64,000 nt of DNA from Felis catus (Eukaryota). Under the pieces are notes generated by a model. The model was not told the origin of the DNA. It ran no database searches and was given only the letters and a program-made list of their open reading frames with translations. Shown one piece after another: positions 12,077-24,784 of the stretch. The stretch covers positions 106,084,001 through 106,148,000 of the forward strand of contig NC_058373.1 in the NCBI RefSeq assembly GCF_018350175.1. Direction: 5' to 3'. The position numbers and the translations under genes are program-made. How positions within the stretch are numbered: position 1 is the stretch's first letter; the number at the start of each line of letters is the position of its first letter.

Positions 12077-13509
12077 CATGCTGTCCTTTTTGAGGTTTGA
12101 CTTACTTATCAATACTTAATAACTATATACGGAGCCTATTGGGATACTTTGTGTACAAATGGTTTAAAGGTGATTCCTAAACCAAAAATTAATTTTTAGA
12201 GCATTTAACAGCTTCTCTGCACATACTTTCTCTTCTTCTCTTTCTCCACCTAGCAAGAGTCTCCACCCAGAGGTGCAGCCCAGCTCCCCTCTGCCCCTCT
12301 CTGGCCCCATGCAGGTGACCCTGCATGCTAGTTGCCTGCATCAGAAGCTGCTCACACAGAGGGAAGAACTGTGCAGAAAACTGCTTTGGTCCTTAGGCCT
12401 TTAGCCCCTATTGACAAGGTCGTATGTTTAAAATTCCACAAGATCTGTTTACTGTGAAATTGCATCCAGCGAAATTCCTCCTTGAGGGAAGGGATTTCAA
12501 AATCTTGCCAAAAGGGCTTGCAGTGCAAATAGAATGTACTTCAAATAAATACAAGTAAGAAAATCAATGTACTGATGCACAATCTGGCCAAGTGGGATAC
12601 TTTTGACCTGGTCTCCCCCGATAATTCTGTGTGTGTCTTACTCTCTGGTCTTCTATCATACTCTTTCTTTTCCTTCTCATTCTACTGTTCTTCCTCTGCT
12701 TCCTCGTCCTTCACACAGCACTTCTCCCAGACAGGCTCTGAAGCTAACATCGCTTTACTCTTAATTATGACTCACATTTGAACCACATTCATTCCTTCCT
12801 TTCCTTTTTTAGCGGCTGAGCTCAGAACTCAGATGAGATTAATACAGTCTTTCTTGGAATACGTACCTTTCTCCTTATTCCCGGGTGTTCGTCTAACTCT
12901 TCATTCCTCTCTTAAAACTATCCACACACAGTCTGTCACTCGACTCTTCTTTGGGAAGGACTGAACCTTTAGCAGGTGCCTCTTAACAGTGTTCTGTACA
13001 AAAGAGAGCTAGTGGTTGTGTTATCGTGAACAGGGCTGTGGACTTTGCACAACCAATGCATGTGTCACGGGGGGAGGGGGAATCCCTGACACTAGACCTG
13101 AGTTTCCTTGCCCAGTAGATAAAAATCCAAACTGAAGGGAAAAAACAAGTCTTTGTCTCTCTCTTCCTTCTCCCTTCTCCTTGTCTCACTACCTTCCTTC
13201 TGCACTGAGGAAAAGCTAGAAGATACTTGTCCTGTCCACTGGCACCATTTGAACACAGGAACACAAATGCCTAGAAGCTATCAGGCCACCAGACCCATGA
13301 ACGCACTGGCATCTGCATCCACTACATCCCACTAGGAAAGAGGGGGTGTCCCTGGGCTCTGCTCTGGCCCAGCCCTTTCTTCTGCTCAGGGACCCAGCCA
13401 GATCAGGGGACTGCCCTTCTCCTGGATCGTACGCCTTTCCCTCTTGACTCTTAACTTGTTCGTGTCTCAGCCTTCCACAAAACAGCTTTTAATACCACAT
13501 TCCACGTAG

Positions 13510-14560
13510 CCACCATCCTCTCTCTTTCTCAGTATAAGCAAAGTTCTTGAAAGCTTGTCCACACTCGCCTCCTGTTCACTCTTCCTCACCTCCCTAAAGC
13601 TGTTTTCACTAAGGACTCACCACCTCCTTATTGCCAAAGCCAGGAGGCGCTTTGCAGTCCTTATCTTCCTTGATTTGTTGGTGGTATGCAACACCAATGG
13701 CCACTTGCTCCATGATGAAATGCTTTTCTTTGGCATTTCATTGTCTCCTCTGAAGGTTCCTCCTCTTGTCCTCATTCCTCAAAAGCTGGCTTCTCTCCAG
13801 CTCTGCTTTGTTTCTCTTGGTGGTTCCCCTGGTTACCTCACTCCCATCCATGCATGTTACAACCAATATCAATGCTTTGTCTTTCAAATAGATCTCTTTA
13901 GGATGTCACACCCATTTGTCCACCTGCCTAGGAATCACTCTTGGTTCTCTTGCCAGTATTGCAAGCACTAAACTCACTTTCTCAAAACCCACCCTCTCTC
14001 CTCCAGCCATCTCTTCCTTGGTTTCCTGTTACACTCCGTGTACTTTGTTGCCTAAGCCAAAAGTCTGGACCTCATCCTTTTGACCCTCTACCATAAACCA
14101 TCCATCAGCAAGTCAGGCCAGTTGTATGCTATACACATATACCTGTATGCTATACAGGCCAGTCAACCCCCACCTAAATAGCTCTAGAATCTACTCACTA
14201 TCCAATCCAGGCCTCTGCCCTCTCTCACCTGGACTACTACAGCAACAGTCTAATGCCAACCCCCTAATACTTTTGATCCTTTCTAGTTCTTTCTCCATTC
14301 TATGAGCATGGTGGTCTTTTTACAATGCAAATTCACTCTCCTACCTAAGATTTTAAGCTACACCCCAGTGCCCACATAAAGACTGAACTTCTTACAAGGT
14401 CCTTGCTGCTACCTGGCCTTGACCCCTGATGCCATTGCAGCTGTCCTTCTGCTTGCATAAATGCTGTGCCACCCATTCCAGACCCTGCCACTTGATATGC
14501 ACTCTGCCTGGAATATATCACAACCGCATACCGTTCACCTGGAGTTCTAGTTCTTTCTCT
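13510..14560 (+). mobile_element. L2 (LINE2) remnant
   Basis: Pyrimidine-rich degenerate L2-like phrases (attgccaaagcca...gtccttatcttccttga; ctctcacctggactactacagc; ctctgcctggaat). Confidence 0.65.
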
Positions 14561-15019
14561 GCTGGTGGCATCCAGGCTGACTGCCTTTTCTGAGGTCCCT
14601 TATTTAAATCCAACAAACTTTGGAAACCTACTAAATGAACCATCCAAATGCCAGCTTCAAGTTATGGGGAGGATCTTGGGGTTCAGAGGGTCAATGTCAT
14701 TAAAAAAATGTATATATCCAAGGGCATTTGATCCAGAAAATAGCACACATGGTCAGGGCTGTGGGTGTATATACATCTATTTGTAACTTTAAAGGAAATC
14801 AGACACAGAGTACTTTTTCAACTTTAAATATTATTGTTATTTCTTCCACATTCCATGCTCATTTATTCCTCCAAAATAAAATAATGGAATCAACAACTTC
14901 AAATCCTGGTGTTTTTCTCATCCATCTTTTTTACATGGAACAAAAAATGAGATGGAATTAGATAAGCCAGAGAAATAAACAAAATTGAATGGAAAATACA
15001 CATAGAATTACTCATTCTA

Positions 15020-15195
15020 GCATGATGTAATAGAAAAAAGCATTGAGCTGGCAGTCAAGAGACCTAAGTTCTATTTCTGACCAATACGTGAATTTTCTTT
15101 GTAATCCTGGGTAAGTGGTTTAATCTCTCTGGACCTCAGTTTTATCATCCACTTGATGAGAGCATTGAATCTCCGAAGTCCCTCTAATGGTCTAT
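15020..15195 (+). mobile_element. MIR remnant
   Basis: gcagtcaagagacctaagttct...ctgggtaagtggtttaatctctctggacctcagttttatcatc. Confidence 0.7.
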
Positions 15196-15321
15196 GCGAA
15201 GCAGATACTGCTACAGGGCTTACACGATCTGATTTGAGAGACAGTATAGAACAGAAAGGTGCCATAAACGAATCTTATTCCAATAAGTAAAAAAAGGAAA
15301 GTTTTTTGAATATTTGAATAA

Positions 15322-15624
15322 TATTTCATTGAAATATTATTGACATACATCACTGTATAAATTTAAAGTGTATAGCATAATAGTTTGACACTTACAAATG
15401 TGAAATGATTATCATAATACATTTAGCATCTGTCATGTCCTATAGATACAATAAAAAAGGAAAAAAAGAAAAACATTTCTTCCTTGTAATGAGAATGCTT
15501 AGAATTGACCTTCCTAACAACTTCCCTATATGTTATACAGCAGTGTTAGCTATCATCATCCTGTACATTCTATCCCTAGAACTTAATGTATCTGGTAACT
15601 GGAAGTTGGTACCTTTGGACCACC
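15322..15624 (-). mobile_element. Old L1 3' end fragment (L1MA9-like)
   Basis: ttgacatacatcactgtataaatttaaagtgtatagcataat...tgtacattctatccctagaactt...ggaagttggtacctttg. Confidence 0.75.
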
Positions 15625-15796
15625 TAACTGGAAAGATTTAATCACGTAGCATATCTTAACAATGACCCGGAAGTAGCACTTCTAAATGAAACCAAAGTTA
15701 CAGTCTTGTCTTAGGGCCAATTAACAGAAAGAGTGAAAAATTACTGCAATAATTCCGTTATAAACTTCAGTTCTAATACTTGTGTGTACTTTTTAG

Positions 15797-15903
15797 CTCT
15801 TGAAATTTGTTCCCGAAAAAAGTGACATTGACCTATTGGAGGAACATAAACATGAACTGGATCGCATGGCCAAGGCTGACAGGTTCCTTTTTGAGATGAG
15901 CCG
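15797..15903 (+). CDS. DAAM1: DAAM1 exon, FH2 ([36 protein letters not shown])
   Basis: tttttag|CTCTTGAAA...ATGAGCCG|gtgagt; 107 nt, phase 0 to 2. Confidence 0.97.
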
Positions 15904-17542
15904 GTGAGTTTGGAAATGCATAAAATGTGAACATGCCCTCTACCTTTCTAAGGAAGTTAAACTTTCAATCCTGGTTGAATTATTTGGGCCAATAACCTGG
16001 CTTAACTTGAAGCCTTTTTAAATTGCAAAATCTTCTGAAGCCTGAGTTGTGTGGAATTTGTTTTGTTCATGTGAGTTCTTGCCCGTGGGCGAACCAGGGT
16101 TAGGGCTTCTTCACAATTACCTCTATTTCTGGACCTAAACAGGTCATAACTTTTCCTGGTTCCTGTCGGGGTCATTCTCCTTACCACTTTGACTTCTTGG
16201 AATCGTATCTCACTCTTCTCTGTACCTCAGCATCTCAAAAAATAGACTCAGCAATGTCGACCTAGAGCCCACATTACTGAACAGCTAGGGTCTGCATGTC
16301 AAATCCTGACCCATGCAGACATCTCTAATCAATCATGGCATACTTCCCGTGAAGCCTTGGCAAGCATTTTCAACCCCTCTCCAGAAAGCCCAGAGGCAGC
16401 CACTGCTTCATAATTTTGTTTGGCATGTGAGCTGAGTCTCTTTGCCATCCCCGGCCTGGAAATTTGATTCTGCATTAGACAAGGACCAGTGGTCCTGAGA
16501 CTCTCAGTCACCCCCAGGGCAGTACTCTTCCCCTGAATATCAAAGGCCTACGAGTGTAGCTCAGGTGAACGTATCTCTCGCTGTACGTTTCTACCATATC
16601 CAGAATTATTTTGTTGTTTGTCCATCCCAACTTGTCATTTTGTATATATACTACTGTAGGACAAAGGATGGTTTTAGAATTTTGACAAGTGGGCCCAGCA
16701 ACCCTGTGTATCATCAATAAGTAGATGGTCACTTGCATAGCTGCCATTTTGTCATTGTCTAGCTCTGTGCATGCATCGTCCCACTTGATCCTCTCATCTG
16801 CCCTGCCAAGAGGGCTGGTAAGTAGGGAGGTATTCTCTTCCATCTAATGGAGGAGTTAAGTTACCTGCCAAAGGTCACCTAATAAGAGGAGAACCTGGAC
16901 TGCAAACCCAGGTCTGCCTGATTATATGGTATCATTTTGGAGGAGGGGCTACTGAACTGAAGTTTCCACTAGAGAGCAGGTAAGGCAGTGGTTTGGTTTC
17001 AGAAGACCTTGGCAAGAATGCTCTGCCCTCGCCCCTCAGCAGCAGCAACCTATCTTACTGATGACCAGGCCGCTTTGCACCCTCTTATCTTTGGTCACCA
17101 GTTGCCATCTTGAAGGCACAGCCTGCCAGCCCTGAGGGGAGCAGATAGAGAGCTAACTGTAAAGAAAGAGGAAGGTTTGGGGACATGAGTGGGGAGAAGA
17201 TGAGGAGAGAATGCCGGAGACAAGTTTTACTCCACAGCTTTGCCAAAGGCAAACTTTGTGGAAAGTTAAGTATAGGAGAGACACAGGAAACAGCCCCTTA
17301 ACGTGCAGCAGAATGGGGAGGTTTTGCATTCTCGTTCCTTTTTATCTCTTCTGTCTTCACAAGAGCTGCTGGGACTCTGAGGAAAGGGAGGTGGCAACTC
17401 TCCTTTTCTTTAGCAGTTGCCTGACCTGGTTAGAGCTAAGGACCCTGCTGCCATTGCCCAAATACCTCCTGTTGGTCAGAGGGAAATGGGCTCTCCAGGC
17501 GAAGTGACCTCATTTCCTGTCCAGCAGGGGAATTGTGCAGGC

Positions 17543-17544
<2 letters not shown>

Positions 17545-17594
<50 letters not shown>
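17545..17594 (+). repeat. (GT)25 microsatellite
   Basis: Direct read. Confidence 0.97.
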
Positions 17595-17601
<7 letters not shown>

Positions 17602-17703
17602 TGTTGGGGGGGGTGGTGCTCGAAGGCACCTCCACCTCCGTATCCATTAAGTGAACATAGATATATTAAGTAGATGTTCATTAGTCCATGCTTGCTCTTA
17701 CAG

Positions 17704-17792
17704 CATCAATCATTACCAGCAAAGACTGCAATCGCTGTACTTCAAAAAGAAGTTTGCAGAGCGTGTGGCAGAAGTGAAACCTAAAGTAGAAG
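17704..17792 (+). CDS. DAAM1: DAAM1 exon, FH2 ([29 protein letters not shown])
   Basis: ctcttacag|CATCAATCAT...GTAGAAG|gtaaag; 89 nt, phase 2 to 1. Confidence 0.97.
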
Positions 17793-17886
17793 GTAAAGTC
17801 AGGCCTCCAGATTGAAAGTGATGTTCATCTTAAGTGCCCATTTGCAACTGCAACCCAAGTGCAGGTAGTAAACAGGATCCCTTGGG

Positions 17887-17925
<39 letters not shown>

Positions 17926-18660
17926 TAAAATCTTTTGAAATTGTGATGAGTAATTACTTAATGTCTGCACTTGGCCCTGTGGCCCAGCCTGGGTTCTGGA
18001 GCCCACAGCACATCTCCTGAGCTCCTCTGTAGAATCAGGCTTTTAACATCCTGGATGTTGGTGAGAACGTATCTGACCGCTACTAGCATTAAACCTGTAG
18101 CCAGCTTTATTGCAATGGTGCCTTACTAGATATTCTAAGGGAAGATTTGAGGCTATTAAATTTTTAAGTGTTTGAAAAAATGGGCATCTGAAGAACACAG
18201 CCACAGAATGCAGGCTGGACTCAGGACCCTGCTCAAGCCCCAGTCCCTGAGGATACCTGCAAGCTATAACATGAAACACATTTGGCCAGTTTTTCTGTCA
18301 ATAGAATTGATCAGTTATCCTCTCAGTCTTACTCATACCAGGCAAGAAAGTGTTTGCAGAGGAATGTGGGAAATGCAATCACTGTTCCATATATCCCTGC
18401 TTACAGTTGATGAGCCAGTCAAGAAAAGGACTAAGAAAGGATAGGCTTGTGCGGCTGTGGGTCTCTTGAGCAACGTGAGCTGGCTCTCCCTGTCCCCTTG
18501 CTCTTTGCTTCTAGGTTAGGTGTTTTGTAAGTGCTCCCTGGTAGTCTAGTGACCCAGGCTTACATCGTCCGTGTCTGCTCCCAGGTGTGTGGATTTAGGC
18601 TGGGTGTCCCTGGAAAGTCCTGGTGGTAGTAGTTGTGTTTATGTGTGCTTTGTTTTGAAG

Positions 18661-18829
18661 CAATTCGTTCTGGCTCAGAAGAGGTGTTTAGGAGCAACGC
18701 CCTGAAGCAGTTGCTAGAAGTGGTTTTGGCATTTGGAAATTACATGAATAAAGGCCAAAGAGGCAATGCGTATGGATTCAAGATATCCAGCCTAAACAAG
18801 ATTGCTGACACAAAATCTAGTATTGACAA
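18661..18829 (+). CDS. DAAM1: DAAM1 exon, FH2 post region ([57 protein letters not shown])
   Basis: tgttttgaag|CAATTCGT...ATTGACAA|gtaagt; 169 nt, phase 1 to 2; hallmark formin GNYMN and A-x-GF motifs. Confidence 0.98.
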
Positions 18830-19750
18830 GTAAGTATGGTATCTTCCAACACTTGGAGGATCCAGGAGCTTAGGTCAGGACCCCTCTGGGCCTCCTGGGC
18901 CTCCCTGATCCTGCAGCCTCTGGTTTGCTGGTCTCCTGCTCATGCTCTTTCCTTCTCTCCAAGAGAGAAGTGACCTCTCTTCTCTCACAGTTATAAATAT
19001 CCCTAAATTCCCATTGGGCCAATGATCCTTCATCCATTTTCAGGCCCCAGGGATATCAGCCAGTCTAAGTTTTGGGGTTTTCTTGGGTAAACTTTTTGTT
19101 GTAGTATAATACACTAAGGACAAGTCCACCGGTCTTAAATTTCACAAATTGGACACCTCTGTATAACTAGTCCCCAGAACAAGAAACAGAATGTGACCCA
19201 CATGCTGCTGGTCTCCTCATGACCTCTCCCAGTCACAACCCCTCCACAGAGAACTGTGTTCTAGGGGAAAAGAGAAAAGTGACAGCCGATGATGGGAAGC
19301 TTGTTGGGCTTTTAGGGTATGTCTTCCTTTATACATTGACGCTAGCGGCTATAAAAACTGATGGGGTCTAAGTGCATTTTGGCTGTTGGTATTAAGCCGC
19401 TGCTCCCAAGACTCCTCAGAATGCTTCCTAGAAAGTGCAAAAGTGAACAGATTCTTGTTAGAAACACTGAGAGGTGGAAATGCTCTGGTGTCATTAACAG
19501 GATCGTTAGGCATAGTAACACCAGTTTCCCTGAGAGCCCTGTTTCTCTAAGGTTCTTACTGACTTCAAAGCAACTTGCCCAATTGTCTCTAAGGGAAACT
19601 TCTCTGCATCCAAATTCGCTTTAAAAATAGGCTGTTCATCCTAATTATTCCTAACTAGCAAGGGCTTTTTACTCTATATTTTCTATAAGGTTAGTGATGC
19701 ATAGCATTATGGCAACCCTGAATCCATCCTATAAAGAAATAAGCAGGGTG

Positions 19751-19960
19751 GGGGAGCCTGGGTGGCTCAGTCGGTTAAACATCTGTCTCTTGGTTTTGGC
19801 TCAGGTCATAATCTCATGGTTCTTGAGTTTGGCCCCGCTTCATGCTCTGTGATGGCAGCACGAAGCCTGCTTTGGGGATTCTTTTTCTTCCTCTCTCTGA
19901 GCCCCCCCCCACCCCCTCCACTCACACTTGCTCTCTTTCAAATAAATAAACTTTAAAAAA
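19751..19960 (+). mobile_element. Can-SINE
   Basis: ggggagcctgggtggctcagtcggttaa...aaataaataaac; flanking duplicate aaagaaataagcag (19733-19746 / 19959-19972). Confidence 0.92.
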
Positions 19961-20340
19961 AGAAATAAGCAGTGAGTGTGTTAAGTTGTAGGGCTAAACC
20001 TTATTTTTTGCATCATGTAGAGATAGATTAACAAAGGGCAGCTGTTCTATCACCACCTTATTTTTAATGTGAGCACTTGATCCTTCCAGAGCACTTTCAT
20101 ATTTGATTGTGTGAAGTTCATGGGCCAAGTGCTACGTTGCCTACTGTCAGATAAAGAAACTGAGGCAATGTCAAGTGGCTCATTTAGTCTGCCTAAGATC
20201 ACAAGCAAGGTATTTGGTCTCACAGGTATTTGACACCTGTCCTATTGTCCCCACCTCTACTCTAACAACAGATGGATCTTATTTGTAGGTTGTAGTAGGT
20301 AACTGCAACATCTCACCTGCATATAAGCAGCAGTCACCTT

Positions 20341-20571
20341 TTTTCTTTCTTTCTTTTCTTTTTTATTTTTTTTATTTTTTTTATTTTAGAGAGTCCATGC
20401 AAGCAGTGGGGTGGTGAGGGGAAGAGAGGGAGAGGGAGGAAGGGAGGGAGCAAATCGTAAGCATGCTCAGTGCAAAGCCCAGCATGGGGCTCGATCCCAC
20501 AACCCTTGGGATCATGACCTGAACCAAACTGTAGAATCGGATGCTTCACTGACTGAGCCACCCAGGCACCC
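20341..20571 (-). mobile_element. Can-SINE
   Basis: T tail...gactgagccacccaggcaccc; TSD agcagtcaccttt (from 20329 / from 20575). Confidence 0.92.
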
Positions 20572-21711
20572 AAGAGCAGTCACCTTTTTTGAGGAAGGGT
20601 GTTCTCTTCAACCGGGCTTGTAAGTTGGAGAGGAAAGAGACCTTTACTACCATTTAGGTCTCCTCTCTCTCTCCCCCCCCCCACCCTCCCCTAATACCTT
20701 CTGCCATTACCTATCAGCCATTACTGATAACCTGGCACTTACTATGTGATTATCTCCTTATCGAAGTTACTACAGAATTTATCTAATACACAAGCCTTTT
20801 CAAAACAATAAATTAAAAATATTTCTGTTCTTTTTTTCCCTCTTCTTCCTGTGAATATTTGGCCCCTGGAAATAGTACCAGTGTCTTCTAAACCCTTAGT
20901 GCCTAAGCACAGTGCCTTGTTTATAAGCAGTCACTCATTAAATGTCAGTTGAATCTTATCAAACTGCACAAGGGTGGCACAGTGCGCATGAGGGACACAT
21001 TGACTCTGCATTAAAGGCTTGTTTCCAGTTATACGAGCGAAAAATCAAATGTGTGGCTGTTGAGTTGTTTTCATTCTTTAAGAACTTACATTCAGTCGAA
21101 TTAGGTGTTACTTGGATAGCACACAAATGTGAGTGCTCTGATCTAGGTTGAAGCCTTTCTACATGAAGAAAAGTATGTATGGTTAATTAAGTTCCTTCTG
21201 AGTCACAAAGCATCTCTATGAAACAGTGAAGAGAAATGGCTCCGCTCTGTCTCGTGACAGTCGCTGGGAATTTACTTCCTCACGCAGCAGGCACATGGGC
21301 TGGTGCTCAGCTTCTGGGAGCAGCAGAATTGAAGTGGAAGGCTAACAGCTCAGTGTCTGCAAAGGAAATGGCCAGAATATTAGCCACCGATTTACTTGGC
21401 TGAGCTATTGTTTTCTAATTATTTCTTGAGAGCAAGAAAAATAGAAAAAAAATTTTTTCTCACGTGTGGGTCAGTTGACTCGCAGGAATGGGATTGCCTT
21501 GGCGTCTATGAAGATGCAAGGATAACCAGAAGTGGAAAGCATTTCGTTGTTGTTGGAAAGGAGATGGTTTGACAACTCTGCTTCATGGTAGTTGGGGTGG
21601 ATGGGACTGTTGGGATGTAGCATCGTGAGTTAACAAATTGCCTACAAATTACGGACATGTTTTTAAAGAATTACATTTGTGTCCTCCTGATTACGGTAAC
21701 TTTCAGTAGAC

Positions 21712-21855
21712 TAGTGGTTCTTGATCCTGGCTCTTAGAATTACCAAGGGGTTTTTAAAAATACCCCTGCCTGGCCCCACCTCATGCCAGTGAAATGAATC
21801 TCAGGTTGGCCCAGGCATCCAGGGCCCAGGTGACTGTAATGTGCATTGGAGTCAG
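21712..21855. mobile_element. MER5A-like hAT-Charlie MITE remnant
   Basis: tagtggttcttgatcctggc...tagaattacc...ttttaaaaatacc...ccaggtgactgtaatgtgca. Confidence 0.6.
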
Positions 21856-22714
21856 GGGCAACAGGACCAGACTGCTACAGCTTTGCCTAACAGACAGTGT
21901 TATCAGACATCCACTTTTTCAACCCAGGTCAGTCAGGGTTCAGTGCTGTCACCACCAAAGAGGGAGCTGGGCTGTACAGTTAGGAGCTCAAGTGTTGCTA
22001 AAATTAGGAAATGGATTTTTGGCTGCAAAGATGTCATAGCCATGATGGCACAGTCCTGGTCCACTTCCAGGACCAGCCCTAAAGCAGGAGGCCTTCTAAC
22101 TTCCTGAATGTCCTTTGCTGCAACAGCAAAACAATCGAGTCAGAAGGGAAAAAAGCTAACAAAATGAGTCAGAGGATTGGGGGGTGGGGGGGCAGAGGGA
22201 GGGAGTTATCGAAGAGTTGAAAAAGCTTAAATGAGAATTATCAATAAATTCTTATCAGTGAGTTGCTGCTCTGTACTTTGAGATTTGAAAAATAGCTATC
22301 CTTTTCAGTGAATTAAACATCCCTCCGTCCCCACCCCGGCTGGCCCCATCCCGTTGTCATGAACCTCAGGCACACCCTGTCTTTGGGAGGATGCGCTGTG
22401 AAGCTATGTCCCCACTGGCAGTGGTTCCAATTCATTTCTGTCATCCAGATTTTGAAGGATGTTTCTTATGAGCCAAAGTAGTAATTCTTATCCCCTTCCC
22501 TTTTAGAAGAGATATGCTTCCTTTCATCATAAGTTATGTAAATCCCATGTAGGCCCTCCCCTATCCCCTTCTCTTGAGAATCCCTGCCTTAAAGGAATCT
22601 CCAGATTTTAAAATGAATGCAGGAGTATAGCATTCTTGCAGGTTCGGCCACTTGGATATGCAAATCATATGCAGATACTAACCATGTTTAATACTTTTTC
22701 CTCCTTTATTGTAG

Positions 22715-22822
22715 GAATATTACACTTCTGCACTATCTCATAACCATTGTGGAAAATAAATACCCCAAGGTCCTCAATCTAAATGAAGAACTGCGGGACA
22801 TTCCTCAAGCAGCAAAAGTAAA
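22715..22822 (+). CDS. DAAM1: DAAM1 exon, FH2 (NITLLHYLITIVENKYPKVLNLNEELRDIPQAAKV-N)
   Basis: ttattgtag|GAATATTACA...GTAAA|gtaagt; 108 nt, phase 2 to 2; formin TLLHY motif. Confidence 0.97.
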
Positions 22823-22995
22823 GTAAGTATTTCCCGTGAATTGTTTTAGTCTTTTAAATCACTTGGACTGTGCTTTAGCTATTGAGGTGGTCAGCTGGCA
22901 TCGCGTGAAGAGGGTCCTTCTGTTTGCTTTCCCCTGAGTAGCATATGAAGTAAAGTTTGAATCCTATCCAAGTCACTGAAATATGTTACATACTT

Positions 22996-22999
<4 letters not shown>

Positions 23000-23041
<42 letters not shown>
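23000..23041. repeat. (AT)21 microsatellite followed by short (CA)n
   Basis: Direct read. Confidence 0.95.
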
Positions 23042-23044
<3 letters not shown>

Positions 23045-23481
23045 TACACACACACACACATACATGTTTTGTATTTCCTTTGGATTATTCCTGCATGCAA
23101 TTTTTAACCGCCAGGAAACCCAATTTTCTGGGTTATTAAGAGTATAAGAAAGGAATACAGTTTCACTAGTACTTTTAAAAGGTAGTTCTGTTACATACAG
23201 GTAGGAGCACTCTTAGTTAATGAGGAATCATGGCTAAGCAAATAGAACGTAAATGTCAGGGCGTTGCTAGTAATTTTCACATGTGCACACACTCTCAGAA
23301 ACCAAGGCAGCCTTATAATGGAAAGCAGTCTTTATGCAAATGAAAAAACTAAAAATAAAATGGAAAGTTGCCAAACTTTCACCACAGACTTCACACCACT
23401 TTTCAGAGACTGAAGAGCAGGCAGTTTTCCTTGTTGTTCTTCCCTCCTGCTTTTGGCCCTTTAAAAAAAAATAAATGCACA

Positions 23482-23700
23482 GGGGCGCCTGGGTGGCTCA
23501 GGCGGTTAAGCATCCAACTCTTGACTCCGGCTCAGGTCATGATCTCACAGTTCATGGGTTTGAGCCCCACGTCAGGCTCTATGCTGAGAGCACAGAGCCT
23601 GCTTCGGATTCTTTCTCTCCCTCTCTCTCTCTGCCCCTCCCCTGCTTGTGCTCTCTCTCTCTCTGTCTCTCTCTCTCTCAAAATAAATGTACTTAAAAGA
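23482..23700 (+). mobile_element. Can-SINE (first of a nested pair)
   Basis: ggggcgcctgggtggctcaggcggttaag...(CT)n aaaataaat. Confidence 0.93.
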
Positions 23701-23712
23701 ATTAAAAAAATA

Positions 23713-23944
23713 GGCATGCCTGGTGGCTCAGTCGGTTAAGTGTGCGACTTCAGCTCAGGTCTTGCGGTTTATGGGTTTGATCCCTGCATGGTGCTCTGTG
23801 CTGACAATTCAGAGCCTGGAGCTGCTTCGGATTTTGTGCCTCCCTCTCTCTCTGCCCCCTCCTGTTTGTGCTTGCTCTCGCTCTCGCTCTCTCTCTCTCT
23901 CTCAAAAATAAAAAATTTTAATAAATAAAAAGAATTAAAAAATA
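23713..23944 (+). mobile_element. Can-SINE inserted in the A-rich tail of the previous SINE
   Basis: ggcatgcctggtggctcagtcggttaag...; duplicate aaaagaattaaaaaa(a)ta at ~23695-23712 / ~23927-23944. Confidence 0.9.
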
Positions 23945-24723
23945 AATGTGTGTGTGTATTTAAAACTATCTTTTGCAGTGAATTTGAAAAGTATGATGAA
24001 GAGTAGGTTAATTTTTTTTCCCTCTTTTTGTAGACTTTGGTAGAAATGTGAGACATGAAATTAAAATGTTAAAGTAAATGACATTTTGGTGAATTTGCTT
24101 ACATCTGAATTATCCACAAGATTTATGTTATAATCTCTGAGGTTTAAAAGCCTTCAGATAGAAAGTTTTATGGGAGAAATCCGGGAAACTTTCTCTATAA
24201 AAAGAGACAATGAGATCTAGTTAGTACAACTTGAAGAAATACCATTGTTGATTGAAATTTAAGCCATCACCTTGTAATACTCACATTACCAGAGCTTCAG
24301 TGAAAAGCAGTGCCCTAATTATGAAGAATACAATGTGAGCATGATTGTGGATAAGGCGGTTTCTTTTACTTGTTCAAAAGGAGCTACGTATGGCAAAATA
24401 TTTATTTCTACATGTGATAATTGGCTTAAGTGAGATTTTTGTGAAATTGAAACATGAATTATTTTTGTAGAGACGACAGGCATTTCTGCTCTTTTTAATC
24501 TATAAAATGTACCTACTGGCTGTGGAAAACAAAAAACATAAGTCCATGTTTAAATTGCTTAAGTTAAAAATTTTATCTTTCTGTGAGGTCTGAGCACGGA
24601 AGGGAATTTTGAACATTGAAAATACACTAGGGTGGACTTCCAAGCCTGAGATATGTGACCCCATTATTTATTTAATACATACAAGTCGCATGTTGGTTAC
24701 TAAAATGTTGCTATTTACAACAG

Positions 24724-24784
24724 CATGACTGAGCTGGACAAAGAAATAAGTACCTTGAGAAGTGGCTTGAAAGCAGTAGAGATG
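24724..24784 (+). CDS. DAAM1: DAAM1 exon, FH2 (MTELDKEISTLRSGLKAVEM)
   Basis: tttacaacag|CATGACTGAG...GAGATG|gtaagt; 61 nt, phase 2 to 0. Confidence 0.95.

Noticed and set aside
23482..23570. tRNA-like A and B boxes
   Set aside because: They belong to tRNA-derived Can-SINE heads, not tRNA genes
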